From assembly GCA_902788085.1 (NCBI GenBank), contig CADAJB010000001.1:5241-69240 (forward strand): a stretch of DNA of 64,000 bases. The letters run 5' to 3'. How positions within the stretch are numbered: the first letter of the stretch is position 1; each line of letters starts with the position of its first letter. A program made the translations under genes and the position numbers. Under the pieces are notes generated by a model that was not told the origin of the DNA, did no database searches, and saw nothing but the letters and a program-made list of their open reading frames with translations. This stretch comes from an uncultured Eubacteriales bacterium. GTDB taxonomy: Bacteria > Bacillota > Clostridia > Christensenellales > UBA1242. Positions 8,994-18,782 of the stretch are shown in pieces.

Positions 8994-9568
8994 TTTTTAT
9001 TACGCCCTTTAAAAAGTTTTTGCATAAACTTTACACCCAGCACACCCACAAGGGTAGAAACCGCGGTTGCTATGATGCTTGGCAATATTATATTAGTGGG
9101 TTCAAGGCTATTAAAAGATGCCCTAAGGCTTATAACAGTTGTGGGCAAAAGTTGTATGCTTGTTGCGTTTAAAATTAGCAACATTATCATTTGATGCGAT
9201 GCGGTTATAGAATGGTGGTTTTTGTCTAGTTGTTGCATTGCTTTTATTCCCATAGGTGTGCAGGCGTTGCCAAGACCTAACATATTAGAAGATAAATTTA
9301 GCGATATATAGTTTTTTGTTTGTTTATCTACATCACCAAAAAGCCACTTTATAATTGGCGAAAGAAGGTTAGATAACACTATATTTAATTTAGATTGTTC
9401 CACAATTTCTAAAATGCCTAACCAAATTGCGTATATACCCAAAAGTTTTATAAGCAGTTCTATGGCGTTTGTGCTAGATGTTATCATACTTTCTATAACG
9501 CTGTTTGGTGATTTAAAAAGCAAAAAAGCAATACTGCATACTATCATTAAAAACCATACTTTACGCAT
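8990..9568 (-). CDS. spmA: spore maturation protein A
   Basis: 192-aa membrane ORF. Motifs ...NMLGLGNA.TP.G..AM resemble SpmA. Confidence 0.75.
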   Translation of the reverse strand: MRKVWFLMIVCSIAFLLFKSPNSVIESMITSSTNAIELLIKLLGIYAIWLGILEIVEQSKLNIVLSNLLSPIIKWLFGDVDKQTKNYISLNLSSNMLGLGNACTPMGIKAMQQLDKNHHSITASHQMIMLLILNATSIQLLPTTVISLRASFNSLEPTNIILPSIIATAVSTLVGVLGVKFMQKLFKGRNKN

Positions 9569-9653
9569 ATTTTATACTATGTTTTTTACATTTATAATAT
9601 GAATACTTTACTATTTAGGCTTTTATTGATAAAATATTTTTAAGGAGAAAACT

Positions 9654-10436
9654 ATGCTAGATGTACACACACATTTAAACGATGACAAACTTTTTAATAA
9701 TTTAAACGAAGTGTTATATGATATAAAAAAGTGCAATGTCAAAAAAGTTATTGTGCCAAGTTGTGATAAAATTATGAATTTAAGGGTGCTAGAATTAATA
9801 AAAAACCCTGTTGTTTTTGGTGCGTTTGGTATTCACCCTAGCAATAGTGAAGAGTGGAACACCGAGATTGAACAATTAATTTTAAACAACTATAAAAACC
9901 CCAAAATTGTGGCAGTAGGCGAGATAGGCTTAGATAACCACTACTTAAATTCTAACATCCCTTTACAAAAAGAAGTTTTTTTAAAGCAGTTGGTATTGGC
10001 AGATAGTATAAAACTGCCAATAATTTTGCACTTGCGTGATGCGTGGGACGAGTTTTTTGATTTTTATAATAGCAACAAAAATTTATTTAACAATGGTGTT
10101 GATGTGCATTGTTTTGATGGCGATAAAACTATTGCAAAAAAATTATTAGATGCTGGGTTTTATATATCTTTAACTGCACTAAGTGTAGAAAATAAAGGTA
10201 GATTAAAAGAAATGATAGAGTATTTGCCATTAGATAGATTTATGGTGGAAACCGACAGCCCATATTTGTTGCCATATATTTACAAACACACCCAAGCATA
10301 TAATTCGCCAAAAAATGTAAATTATGTTGCCGAATGCGTGGCTAAATATAAAAATATAACAGTGCAACAGGTTGACGAAGTTACAACAAAAAATGCCTAC
10401 ACATTATTTAAAAAGTTGGGAGATTATAATGAATAA
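9654..10436 (+). CDS. tatD: TatD-family metal-dependent DNase/hydrolase (YabD-like)
   Basis: MLDVHTHL..., GEIGLD, ILHLRDA and ETDSPYL motifs. Confidence 0.88.
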   Translation: MLDVHTHLNDDKLFNNLNEVLYDIKKCNVKKVIVPSCDKIMNLRVLELIKNPVVFGAFGIHPSNSEEWNTEIEQLILNNYKNPKIVAVGEIGLDNHYLNSNIPLQKEVFLKQLVLADSIKLPIILHLRDAWDEFFDFYNSNKNLFNNGVDVHCFDGDKTIAKKLLDAGFYISLTALSVENKGRLKEMIEYLPLDRFMVETDSPYLLPYIYKHTQAYNSPKNVNYVAECVAKYKNITVQQVDEVTTKNAYTLFKKLGDYNE

Positions 10437-11256
10437 TTTGCAAAATAATAATTTTAAGTTTAAACATAGTCTTGGTCAAAATTTTATTAAAGACGAAGTT
10501 TTATTAAACAGCATTTTAGACGATGCAGATGTGACGGAAGATAGTTTAGTTTTAGAAATTGGTGCAGGGGCTGGGGCACTAACATCTAAACTTTGCGAAA
10601 GGGCAGTAAAGGGCAAGGTTGTTTCGGTGGAAATAGATAAAACACTAACTCCAATATTAAATAAAAAATTAGCCAAATTTAATAATATTAATTTAATTTT
10701 TGATGATATATTAAAACTTAACCCAAGTTTTATAAAACAAGAATTTAATAACAAGCCTTTTAAAGTTGTGGCCAATCTTCCTTATTATATAACAACCCCA
10801 ATTTTAGAATATTTGTTAAACAACGACTTTTTAATAACAGATATAACTGTTATGGTGCAGTTAGAGGTTGCACAGCGTTTAAGCGCCGATGTGGGCACCA
10901 AAAACTATGGTGCAATAACGGCAATTTTAAATATGTATGCAACAACACAAATAACGCAGGTTGTAGATAAAAAAATGTTTACGCCAATGCCTAAGGTAGA
11001 TTCGGCAATTTTGCATATTGTTTTAGATAAAAATTATAATATAGATAAAAAATATATAGCCGAAGTTATTAAAAAATGTTTTTTAATGCGCCGAAAAACT
11101 TTGCTAAACAACTTGTGCAGTGGTTTTAACCTAAATAAACAACAGGCGCAAAACATTATAGAAAACGACTTAAAGCGTGATATAAAAATTAGGGCAGAAA
11201 TGTTAGATTTAAACGATTTTATAAAACTAGCAGACATTTTAAAGAAGTTGAATTAA
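10429..11256 (+). CDS. rsmA: 16S rRNA (adenine1518/1519-N6)-dimethyltransferase
   Basis: HSLGQNFI, EIGAGAGALT (SAM site) and NLPYYITTPI motifs. ATG 10429 overlaps the tatD stop (ATGAATAA). Confidence 0.92.
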   Translation: MNNLQNNNFKFKHSLGQNFIKDEVLLNSILDDADVTEDSLVLEIGAGAGALTSKLCERAVKGKVVSVEIDKTLTPILNKKLAKFNNINLIFDDILKLNPSFIKQEFNNKPFKVVANLPYYITTPILEYLLNNDFLITDITVMVQLEVAQRLSADVGTKNYGAITAILNMYATTQITQVVDKKMFTPMPKVDSAILHIVLDKNYNIDKKYIAEVIKKCFLMRRKTLLNNLCSGFNLNKQQAQNIIENDLKRDIKIRAEMLDLNDFIKLADILKKLN

Positions 11257-11377
11257 AGGCCTATTTTATAGGTTTTTTATTTTAATAAAAATATTTTTAA
11301 AAAGCATTATTATGCTTTTTTTATTTTTTATACTCAATTTTAAAAGTTTTAGAATATATATAATAAAAGGAGTGATT

Positions 11378-12136
11378 ATGAAAACAAGAACTATAATTTT
11401 AACTGGTCAAGATAAAGAAAAAACATATACGGCTGTTTTAACACTAAATGGCGAAGATGATTTGTTTTGTGATTTAACTGCATACAATTTACCCGCAGAA
11501 AATTTATATACTGTGGTGTTAAAAGTAGGAAATAGTTATTATATGGGCAATAATATAAATTTAAGCATTAACTATCACTTTATTTTTAATAACGCAAACA
11601 TAAATCAAGATATAAGCGTTGTTGTTTTTGATGCTCAACAAGAAGTTGTTTATTTAAAAAATAATATTACATCCGATGCAGTGCAAGACTTAGTTCAATA
11701 TAACAAAAATCAAAATTTAGATAAAACATCTGTGCAAACGGCATCTACCGAAGAATTAAAACAAGAAGTTACAACACAAGAAGATAATGGTGACGAAAAC
11801 TTTTTTAATTCTATAAAAGTGCAATTAGACGAGATGTTTAAAAATAATCCTAATTGTATTGAAGTTGAAAACTTAATTAAAAACTCAAAATGGGTAAGTG
11901 TTCAAGAAGAAAATGAAGACAACACGCATTATATACTAGGCAAAATATTTGATGAAAATAACAACATTAAATATGTGTGCTATGGTGTGCCAGCGGTTAA
12001 TAAAGAAGAAGTAAATAATATAGATACAAACTTGTGTCAGTGGTTGCCACTAAACCCCGATGATGAAAATTCGGCAGGGTATTATATTATGTATCAAAAT
12101 GCAATAACGGGCGAAACAGTAAAATTTAGTGCATAG
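11378..12136 (+). CDS. hypothetical protein
   Basis: ATG 11378 is preceded by AAAGGAG. C-terminal YVCYGVP...WLPLNP...GYYIMYQNAITGE block. The stop codon lies inside a repeat palindrome. Confidence 0.6.
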   Translation: MKTRTIILTGQDKEKTYTAVLTLNGEDDLFCDLTAYNLPAENLYTVVLKVGNSYYMGNNINLSINYHFIFNNANINQDISVVVFDAQQEVVYLKNNITSDAVQDLVQYNKNQNLDKTSVQTASTEELKQEVTTQEDNGDENFFNSIKVQLDEMFKNNPNCIEVENLIKNSKWVSVQEENEDNTHYILGKIFDENNNIKYVCYGVPAVNKEEVNNIDTNLCQWLPLNPDDENSAGYYIMYQNAITGETVKFSA

Positions 12137-12225
12137 TATAGTACTATGCACTTTTTGTTTGTTACATAAATAAAAACGGCAGGTACTATGCACTTGTGTT
12201 TTTTTGATTTTGCGCATAGTTTGTT
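12128..12225. repeat. composite copy of the dispersed palindromic repeat family
   Basis: AGTGCATAGTA-TAG-TACTATGCACT perfect hairpin, then GGTACTATGCACTTGTG(T)n...TTTTGCGCATAGTTT, which matches the left halves of the 45508 and 51845 copies. Confidence 0.8.
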
Positions 12226-12476
12226 AAGTTAGAAACCGTTTCTCTGTTTTTTTGCAAAATATTAGCAGTTTTGGTGTAGTTATATTTAGTTGTGCTTGAA
12301 AGGTGGTAATTAGTTTGATTTTGTGCCTTTGTGTTAGTGTTTAACCACCCCGAAATGTTTAGTTTTGGCAAAAGTTCTAACAAAGATAAAATGTTGTTTT
12401 GGCTATTGTTTGTGCTTTTTGTTTTTGGGGTGGCAGTATTGTCATAATAAGCACTAGTAACGACAAATTTTTTCAT
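12186..12476 (-). CDS. orphan Asn/Thr/Gln-rich small protein (doubtful)
   Basis: 96-aa ORF with a weak RBS (AAGGG). The last 15 codons read into the repeat and end AGT GCA TAG. Confidence 0.3.
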   Translation of the reverse strand: MKKFVVTSAYYDNTATPKTKSTNNSQNNILSLLELLPKLNISGWLNTNTKAQNQTNYHLSSTTKYNYTKTANILQKNRETVSNLTNYAQNQKNTSA

Positions 12477-12505
12477 TTTTATACCCTTTTATTACTAATA
12501 ATTAA

Positions 12506-12534
12506 TTGACGAAAAATTGTTTTAGTGGTATTAT
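12506..12534 (+). promoter_or_regulatory. sigma-A-type promoter
   Basis: TTGACG, 17 nt, TGg-TATTAT. Confidence 0.6.
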
Positions 12535-12589
12535 ATGACACAATGACAAAATATGTGTTTGTTGCAAAAATTAAAGGAGTATTTGCTAA

Positions 12590-14026
12590 ATGAAATCTAA
12601 AACAATAAATACTAATATTTTTAAAAGCATAATATTTGCATTTGTTTTGATGCTAGGGGTAGTGTTTGGCTTTTCGGCGTGCGGAACAAATGTTGGCTTT
12701 GATGATGGCCCTACTAGCACCGATGTAGTTATAGGCAATGGAACATCAGCCCTTATGTATGGCAATTATGCTTACTATGTAAATGGCTATGTTGCAAACA
12801 GTGATGTTGGTAACACCAACACTTATGGCAAAGTTACTTATGGGGCAGTGTATCGCACAAAACTTGTTAATGGCAAAGTTGTTGAAAAAGAAAAAGAATT
12901 AGACGAAGACGGTAACGAAAAGTTTGATAAAACCCAAGCAATTTTAAATACTGGCATTTTAGTTTCTAAAATTTGTGGTTACGAAAAAACACAGTTGTAC
13001 ATTTTTGATAACTACTTATACTACACAACACCGGGCAACCAAGTATCTAAAGACGGAACAATAGAAAACGACCACATAGATTTTTGCCGTATAAAAATAG
13101 ATGGGCACACTCGTGGCGAAAAGTTGTTTACAAGCAGTTCTACAATTTCTAGCATTTCGTATTATATGTACAAATACAACAACAGGGCATATCTTGTTGT
13201 AAAAGACGGCGAAGTTTTAAAGATTGGTGAATGCACCGAAAGTAATTTTAAGTTAGAAACATTAGATGAGGGTAGTTATAAAATTGGCAGTATTGCACCA
13301 ACAAAATACACTCGCAGCAACGATGTTGTTGATGCCCTAGATAGTGCAGTTTACTTTACTTATACAAACGATGATATAAGAGATGGAAATCTACTAGCCA
13401 AATACGATTTATCTACACGCAAAATAACCACTCTTTCTAACATCAACGAAAACAGTTTTACTTTAATTGCTTCGGTTGGTGGAAAACTTTACTACAATAA
13501 AAAAGCATTTTTAGCACCAGGCACAAGTGGCGAATATCTTTACTACAACACAATGGGCGAAAATTATGTTGCAACCGAAAAGCAGTTATCTTTTAATGCA
13601 TACACCGCAAGCAATATCACACCATATAATGCAGAAAGTATTGGTGCTTTTATAAGTGACGGCAGCAATGTTTATAAGTTTAATGCCGACGGCACACAAA
13701 CAAAATTTATAGAAGGAAATGCCACAGTTATAGCACAAAGGGGAAGTTATGTATTTTATACACTAAATAATGTGCTATACAAAAAACTTATATCTGGCAC
13801 TGACGCACAAGAAATTGTTACTTTATCTTCTAGTGATGCAACAAAAAACACTTTAAGTGTTGTATCTGGCACACAAGTATTCTACCTACAAGAATACACA
13901 AACACCGCAGGAACATCATATTATATGCACTACATTGATACATCTATAGAAGAAGATGACCAAATATATAATCACTTTATTGGCGTATTAGCCGAAAAAG
14001 ATTATTTAGACGAACCAACAGAATAA
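12590..14026 (+). CDS. lipoprotein with beta-propeller-like (DUF5050-type) Y-rich repeats
   Basis: Signal peptide plus lipobox FGFSAC. Recurrent blades: GNYAYYVNG, DNYLYYTTP, AVYFTYTN, GGKLYYNK, GSYVFYTLN, GTQVFYLQE. Confidence 0.65.
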   Translation: MKSKTINTNIFKSIIFAFVLMLGVVFGFSACGTNVGFDDGPTSTDVVIGNGTSALMYGNYAYYVNGYVANSDVGNTNTYGKVTYGAVYRTKLVNGKVVEKEKELDEDGNEKFDKTQAILNTGILVSKICGYEKTQLYIFDNYLYYTTPGNQVSKDGTIENDHIDFCRIKIDGHTRGEKLFTSSSTISSISYYMYKYNNRAYLVVKDGEVLKIGECTESNFKLETLDEGSYKIGSIAPTKYTRSNDVVDALDSAVYFTYTNDDIRDGNLLAKYDLSTRKITTLSNINENSFTLIASVGGKLYYNKKAFLAPGTSGEYLYYNTMGENYVATEKQLSFNAYTASNITPYNAESIGAFISDGSNVYKFNADGTQTKFIEGNATVIAQRGSYVFYTLNNVLYKKLISGTDAQEIVTLSSSDATKNTLSVVSGTQVFYLQEYTNTAGTSYYMHYIDTSIEEDDQIYNHFIGVLAEKDYLDEPTE

Positions 14027-14050
14027 AGCGAGCAATCGCTTTTTTCTTTT
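14026..14050 (+). terminator. intrinsic terminator
   Basis: AAGCGA-GCAA-TCGCTT followed by a T-run. Confidence 0.65.
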
Positions 14051-14109
14051 TGTATATTAAAAACTATGTTTTTATTTTGTAAAAATTTGTAAAAAATAGT
14101 ATATTTATT

Positions 14110-14138
14110 TTGACTTTATTTGCACAAAATATTATACT
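14110..14138 (+). promoter_or_regulatory. sigma-A-type promoter
   Basis: TTGACT, 17 nt, TATACT. Confidence 0.6.
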
Positions 14139-14181
14139 AGATAGATAGTATTTTTGTATTTGTATTGGAGGTAGCAAATAT

Positions 14182-17100
14182 ATGAATAAAGCATCCGTAA
14201 TGAATGCTGTTACTGTCGCCGCTTATGCCGCTATGGCTGTTTATGCACTAGTTGTTGTGGTGGTGTTGGGGTTGTTAGTAACAGGTGGCTTTAATAAATT
14301 TAATGGTGTAGCCGAAGCGCTTAAATTTGATAGCATAGCAGTTAGCATATCCGATAATGAAGGCTCGGCAAAACTATCAATAGTTAGCAATAATTCTACC
14401 ACATCACTAAACACCATTAGTGGCGGTTTTAGTTATAACGACCCAAGCAATCCAATAACACTAAAACTAGAGCTGCGTGATTCGGCAGAAGTTGATGCAA
14501 AAACTATAACCCCCGATAAAGCCATTATAGAAATTCCTAGCACAGTTACATTAGGGCAGAGTTTTGAAATAAAAGCAATTAAAGATGCTGATGGTTTTAA
14601 TAAGGGCGGAGATTGTTATATTCACGCTTTTTCGGAAAACGATGAAATGCGTGCAACACCTATTCACATTTTTGTAGATGTGCCAATTCAAAGTGCAACA
14701 TTAATGTATTATAATGTTAGCGACAACCTAAACGAAAACTATAAACGCATAGAAACAACAACCAACGGTGACAAAACAATAACAACAACTTTATTTTATA
14801 ACACATATACCGACTACCTAAATAAAACAAATGCAATAGTTCCACTTAACCGCGAACAAATAAATGACGGCGAAAGCAAAAAATATATTGAAAAACAATT
14901 AACTTGTGTTAAAAACGATAAATTTAAACTTTATGTTCAAGTTTACCCCGAAAGAGCGTTAAACCCACACTCTATAAAAACAATGAAGTCTAGTGTAATT
15001 TTAAACAACTTAGATTCGGCAGGGTTAGCAAATGTTTGCACACTTCTTGCTGATGCATACTCTAATGTTAGTGGCAACGAAGAAGCAATAGAAAGTTATG
15101 TAGAAGTGTTTGCAACTACTTGGGCAAAACTTGGTTTAAACGGCTTATCTAACTTAGATGGTTTAATCAACAAAGAAAAAATAAATCAGGCAGTTGCAAA
15201 AATTAGGGGCATAGATGCTGCTGCAATTTGGCAATACTACACACAAAATTTAGGCGCACAAATAACTTTTAACAATAAAGAAATTAGTTTTGAAACACCT
15301 ATGCGTTCGATTGCCGAAGTTAATGCAGATAATATTTTAGAGATAAAACAAACCCCACAAGACAACCAATCACTTATTGATGTAGATGTTCAGGCAGTAT
15401 ATGGTGCATCTTTGGGAAATGTAAAACTATTTAGCCAAAGCATTAGCACCGAAACAAATGTAAATGTTAACGAAGTTTCTAACTTTGTAATAAAAGATGC
15501 TTATTTCGAAGGTTTAACTTTTGATGCAGATATAACAAAAGCGGGTGTTTCGGGCAGATTGTCAGTTCCTTTAAATGTAGGTGCTAGCCGTTTAATAGTT
15601 AGCGCACAACAGTTATCTAGCCAAGATATTCAAAAATTATTGCAATCTACTTCAAATGACTATACCCAAGCCGAACTAAATAATGCGGTAAACCTAGGCA
15701 TTGTTATTCAAACATCGGGCAACAACCCACAAAGCAATCCATATCCGTTAATTAGTGAAATGAAAAATCTTGTGCTAACACAAGTATCAACCAACGAAAG
15801 TGTTTTGCCACTTACAATAACACCCGACACTACTTTGGGCGACAACAATATTATTTGGTTGGTTACACCAAATAGACGCCTAGAAGATGGCGAAGGGCTA
15901 AGTTTGTCGTTATCTTTAACACAAGAAATTAAAGTAGAAAACTTAAATGCTACCGACAGTGCCAACTTAGGTTCGGGCGAGTTTATATATTCCGAAGAAA
16001 ACGATTGCTTTAACAATGTTAAATATAAAAGTGCAGATAGCACTATTGCGCAAAAGACATCTACTGTTAAAGAGTTAGGTTTTACTATTGAAATAAAAAC
16101 ACCTGCTTTGCAATACCAAAAACAAGTAAATTTAAAAATAGAAAAGCACGACTACGATGGTGGTAACACCAACTACGAAATAAACGGGCAACCAACTGGT
16201 TATGTTAATGTTAACAGCCTTATAACAAGCGTAGATGGTGTAGAAGGTGCTGTGTTTAACCCATTAAATTATACTTATGGCAAAATTGTGTATTTTGCTA
16301 GTTATGAAGGCGAAAAACCAATAGATAAAAATGTTATAAATGTAACAAGCAATACCGAAGGCACACAATTTTATGGTCAACTTTTATATAGTTTTGCAAC
16401 TGCAAATCCTAATGATATTTACAACTATATTCAAGGTATGGGGGCGGGCAGTGTAATAGTTACGCCATATCTTGTTATGACCGAACGCAAAAATGGCGAA
16501 GAGTATGCAATAGATAACAGTTACAACAAGATTGAAAATTTAGCCGAAGCCGAATTATCTAGGTTTGTTCAAGTGCGAAAATATGATTCTATTTTAGTAA
16601 CAGTTACCGAAGAAATAACAAAATTCCACTACTATACAAATTCTAACTTTAAAGCCGAAAACGAGTATTTAGGTGCAACAGATGATAAGTTTTTTGCAAC
16701 TGGTGCTAGCAATATGCTAACTTTTTATATTCGTGCAAATTCTAACCTTGCTTTGCCTGGTGGTGCCGAAGAGTATTCAAAACTAGGTTATGTATATAAC
16801 TATAAAGTTTGGGTAGGAAGCAATGAAGTAAACAGCGAAGTTATTTTAGAATATCCCGAAAAAATAGTTAACACAGGTGATACTCAAAGTGTTGTAAGCA
16901 AGCAGTTTGATAGCAACGAAGGCATAAACTATATGGCAATAAACTTGGCTGTAAACCCATTAAAAATAAAAGGCAACAAAACATATACAATTAAGTGGTA
17001 TCAAGGCAACACCGAAGTGCCTAATAGTACATTAGAAATTAATGCAAAAGATTATTATGGCGACGCAACTTCTATGTCGTTTAAGAGTGACGAATTGTTA

Positions 17101-17970
17101 ACCGAAAAAGAAGATGCATATAAAGCAACATTTACACCAAACGAAAACGGTAATAGGGGCGAATATAAAGTTAAGTGGACAGACAGTCAAAGTACTTACG
17201 AAAAATTTAATTTACCAAGTTTATATTGCATAGAAAAACAACCAACCGAAGGCGAAACTTGGAACTATATTCAATCTAAGGTTTACCTAAGTCAATGTCA
17301 AATAAATGTATATGTTGACGAATCGCAAAATCAAATAGTGCAATACATACCAAATTATGACCCATCATACTATTGGTTGTTAAAAGATGGCGCTAATTAT
17401 CGTAAAAGCACTAACGCACTAACAAATTCGGAAGCAGGGCATATACTAACATATAGTTTAGAAGATGATAAAAACTGCTTATACATAAAAGCAAGTTTGC
17501 CAACCGAAAAAGAAGGGCTTAGTGTGGCTGGTATTGTTGTAAGTTATACATATAAATCCGAAATTGTTGACTTGCCAGCAGGTACTGTTGTGGCAAATTG
17601 TGATTATCTATTAAAACTAGACTGGCCAGTAAGTTTTGTGTATGGCACACCAGATAACTGGACCCTTACAGGCAACACAATAAATGCCTCTATTAAATAC
17701 CTAACTGCTACTTATGCCGATGGCGAAACTGTTGTATTAACACCTGATGTATCTGTTAAAACAACGGGTATAACTGGCGGAGATAACGGAGTTTATGGCA
17801 CAGATAAAGTAGATTTTAGTTTGGGCTATAATGGCACACCTACACAACTAGAAAACTTAGATAAAATAGAGTTTAACCGCAATGTAAAACTATTGTTTAC
17901 AATTTTGGGCAGTAGTGGTACAGCAGTAGATAATACTTATGTAGGTACAGTAACAGTATCAAAAGCATAA
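14182..17970 (+). CDS. large N-terminally membrane-anchored surface protein (hypothetical)
   Basis: 1262-aa ORF, RBS GGAGG, one N-terminal TM helix (AVTVAAYAAMAVYALVVVVVLGLLV). The rest is hydrophilic and beta-rich. No LPXTG and no recognisable catalytic motif. Confidence 0.7.
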   Translation: MNKASVMNAVTVAAYAAMAVYALVVVVVLGLLVTGGFNKFNGVAEALKFDSIAVSISDNEGSAKLSIVSNNSTTSLNTISGGFSYNDPSNPITLKLELRDSAEVDAKTITPDKAIIEIPSTVTLGQSFEIKAIKDADGFNKGGDCYIHAFSENDEMRATPIHIFVDVPIQSATLMYYNVSDNLNENYKRIETTTNGDKTITTTLFYNTYTDYLNKTNAIVPLNREQINDGESKKYIEKQLTCVKNDKFKLYVQVYPERALNPHSIKTMKSSVILNNLDSAGLANVCTLLADAYSNVSGNEEAIESYVEVFATTWAKLGLNGLSNLDGLINKEKINQAVAKIRGIDAAAIWQYYTQNLGAQITFNNKEISFETPMRSIAEVNADNILEIKQTPQDNQSLIDVDVQAVYGASLGNVKLFSQSISTETNVNVNEVSNFVIKDAYFEGLTFDADITKAGVSGRLSVPLNVGASRLIVSAQQLSSQDIQKLLQSTSNDYTQAELNNAVNLGIVIQTSGNNPQSNPYPLISEMKNLVLTQVSTNESVLPLTITPDTTLGDNNIIWLVTPNRRLEDGEGLSLSLSLTQEIKVENLNATDSANLGSGEFIYSEENDCFNNVKYKSADSTIAQKTSTVKELGFTIEIKTPALQYQKQVNLKIEKHDYDGGNTNYEINGQPTGYVNVNSLITSVDGVEGAVFNPLNYTYGKIVYFASYEGEKPIDKNVINVTSNTEGTQFYGQLLYSFATANPNDIYNYIQGMGAGSVIVTPYLVMTERKNGEEYAIDNSYNKIENLAEAELSRFVQVRKYDSILVTVTEEITKFHYYTNSNFKAENEYLGATDDKFFATGASNMLTFYIRANSNLALPGGAEEYSKLGYVYNYKVWVGSNEVNSEVILEYPEKIVNTGDTQSVVSKQFDSNEGINYMAINLAVNPLKIKGNKTYTIKWYQGNTEVPNSTLEINAKDYYGDATSMSFKSDELLTEKEDAYKATFTPNENGNRGEYKVKWTDSQSTYEKFNLPSLYCIEKQPTEGETWNYIQSKVYLSQCQINVYVDESQNQIVQYIPNYDPSYYWLLKDGANYRKSTNALTNSEAGHILTYSLEDDKNCLYIKASLPTEKEGLSVAGIVVSYTYKSEIVDLPAGTVVANCDYLLKLDWPVSFVYGTPDNWTLTGNTINASIKYLTATYADGETVVLTPDVSVKTTGITGGDNGVYGTDKVDFSLGYNGTPTQLENLDKIEFNRNVKLLFTILGSSGTAVDNTYVGTVTVSKA

Positions 17971-17987
17971 TTGTTTAGGAGGAATAA

Positions 17988-18752
17988 ATGCCAAAAACAA
18001 TCACCACAAAAAACAAAATACAACCTATTATTAAAAAGGTTTATAAAAACTTGGGCGTATCTACATTAGATAACACGCCTAAGCCAAAACCAGATGGTAG
18101 TATTTTAGATTATTTAAAGGCAGAATTTTTTAATAAAAACCCAAACGCTAATAATAGCACGGGCGCAGGCTTTTTTAGACCCGATATTGTAGATATAAGC
18201 ATAGAAGACCAAAATATATATTTTAACCTAATGAAAAATATGTTTACCGACCTTAATGTAAACAAGCCTAAAATGTCGATAGAAGAGTATTCTAGGTCGT
18301 ATTACGACTTGTTAGAATCTGTTACCGAAATGGCAGTTTGTGGCTGTGTGCCTGCTATGGACTATTTGTGTTTTATATATAAAAAAGGTGTAGATGATGT
18401 TATGTCTATAAACCTTACCCGTGCGCACGAGTGGGGAATGCTTGCTATAGCTGGTGGGTCGAAGTTGTCGGTTGACCGTTTGCGTATGTTTTTAGACCCC
18501 GTTTATAAATATATTACGCAAAATGGTTTAGTAAAAAATATTATTAAAAATCATTCTCTTGAAAACGAAGACGATTTAATTAATTTTGTGGCGTACTCGT
18601 TTGCAAATATCTTTAATGAAAAACGCGGTTTAACTTTGGGGTATATGTCTAAAAAGAACATTATATCTAGCGAGAGTTTTCAGATGTTTTTAAAAGAAAC
18701 TGCAACCACTCGAGAAGAATGCTTGCCTTTACTAAAAAAATATATTGCATAA
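17988..18752 (+). CDS. hypothetical protein, possible Sel1-like repeat
   Basis: 254 aa, RBS AGGAGG, 17 nt after the upstream stop (operonic). Segment AVCGCVPAMDYLCFIYKKG.G...N...A.EW...AA..G resembles SLR repeats. Confidence 0.55.
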   Translation: MPKTITTKNKIQPIIKKVYKNLGVSTLDNTPKPKPDGSILDYLKAEFFNKNPNANNSTGAGFFRPDIVDISIEDQNIYFNLMKNMFTDLNVNKPKMSIEEYSRSYYDLLESVTEMAVCGCVPAMDYLCFIYKKGVDDVMSINLTRAHEWGMLAIAGGSKLSVDRLRMFLDPVYKYITQNGLVKNIIKNHSLENEDDLINFVAYSFANIFNEKRGLTLGYMSKKNIISSESFQMFLKETATTREECLPLLKKYIA

Positions 18753-18782
18753 AAAAAAAGAGTTAGTTTAACTCTTTTTTGT
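18751..18782. terminator. bidirectional intrinsic terminator
   Basis: A9-GAGTTA-GTT-TAACTC-T6 between convergent genes. Confidence 0.7.

Noticed and set aside
10372-10428. Upstream-extended start of rsmA
   Set aside because: The extension lies inside the tatD coding sequence. The conserved N-terminus begins at MNNLQ..FKHSLGQNF, with ATG 10429 in an ATGAATAA coupling overlap.
6718-10436. Identical ATGAATAA start/stop overlaps at tmk/holB (6718-6725) and tatD/rsmA (10429-10436) as a special signal
   Set aside because: This is an ordinary translational-coupling overlap. The identity of 8 nt in an AT-rich genome is plausibly coincidental.
11312-11377. Extended start MLFLFFILNFKSF... of the 11378 gene
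   Set aside because: It is a hydrophobic translation of AT-rich promoter DNA. ATG 11378 is preceded by AAAGGAG.
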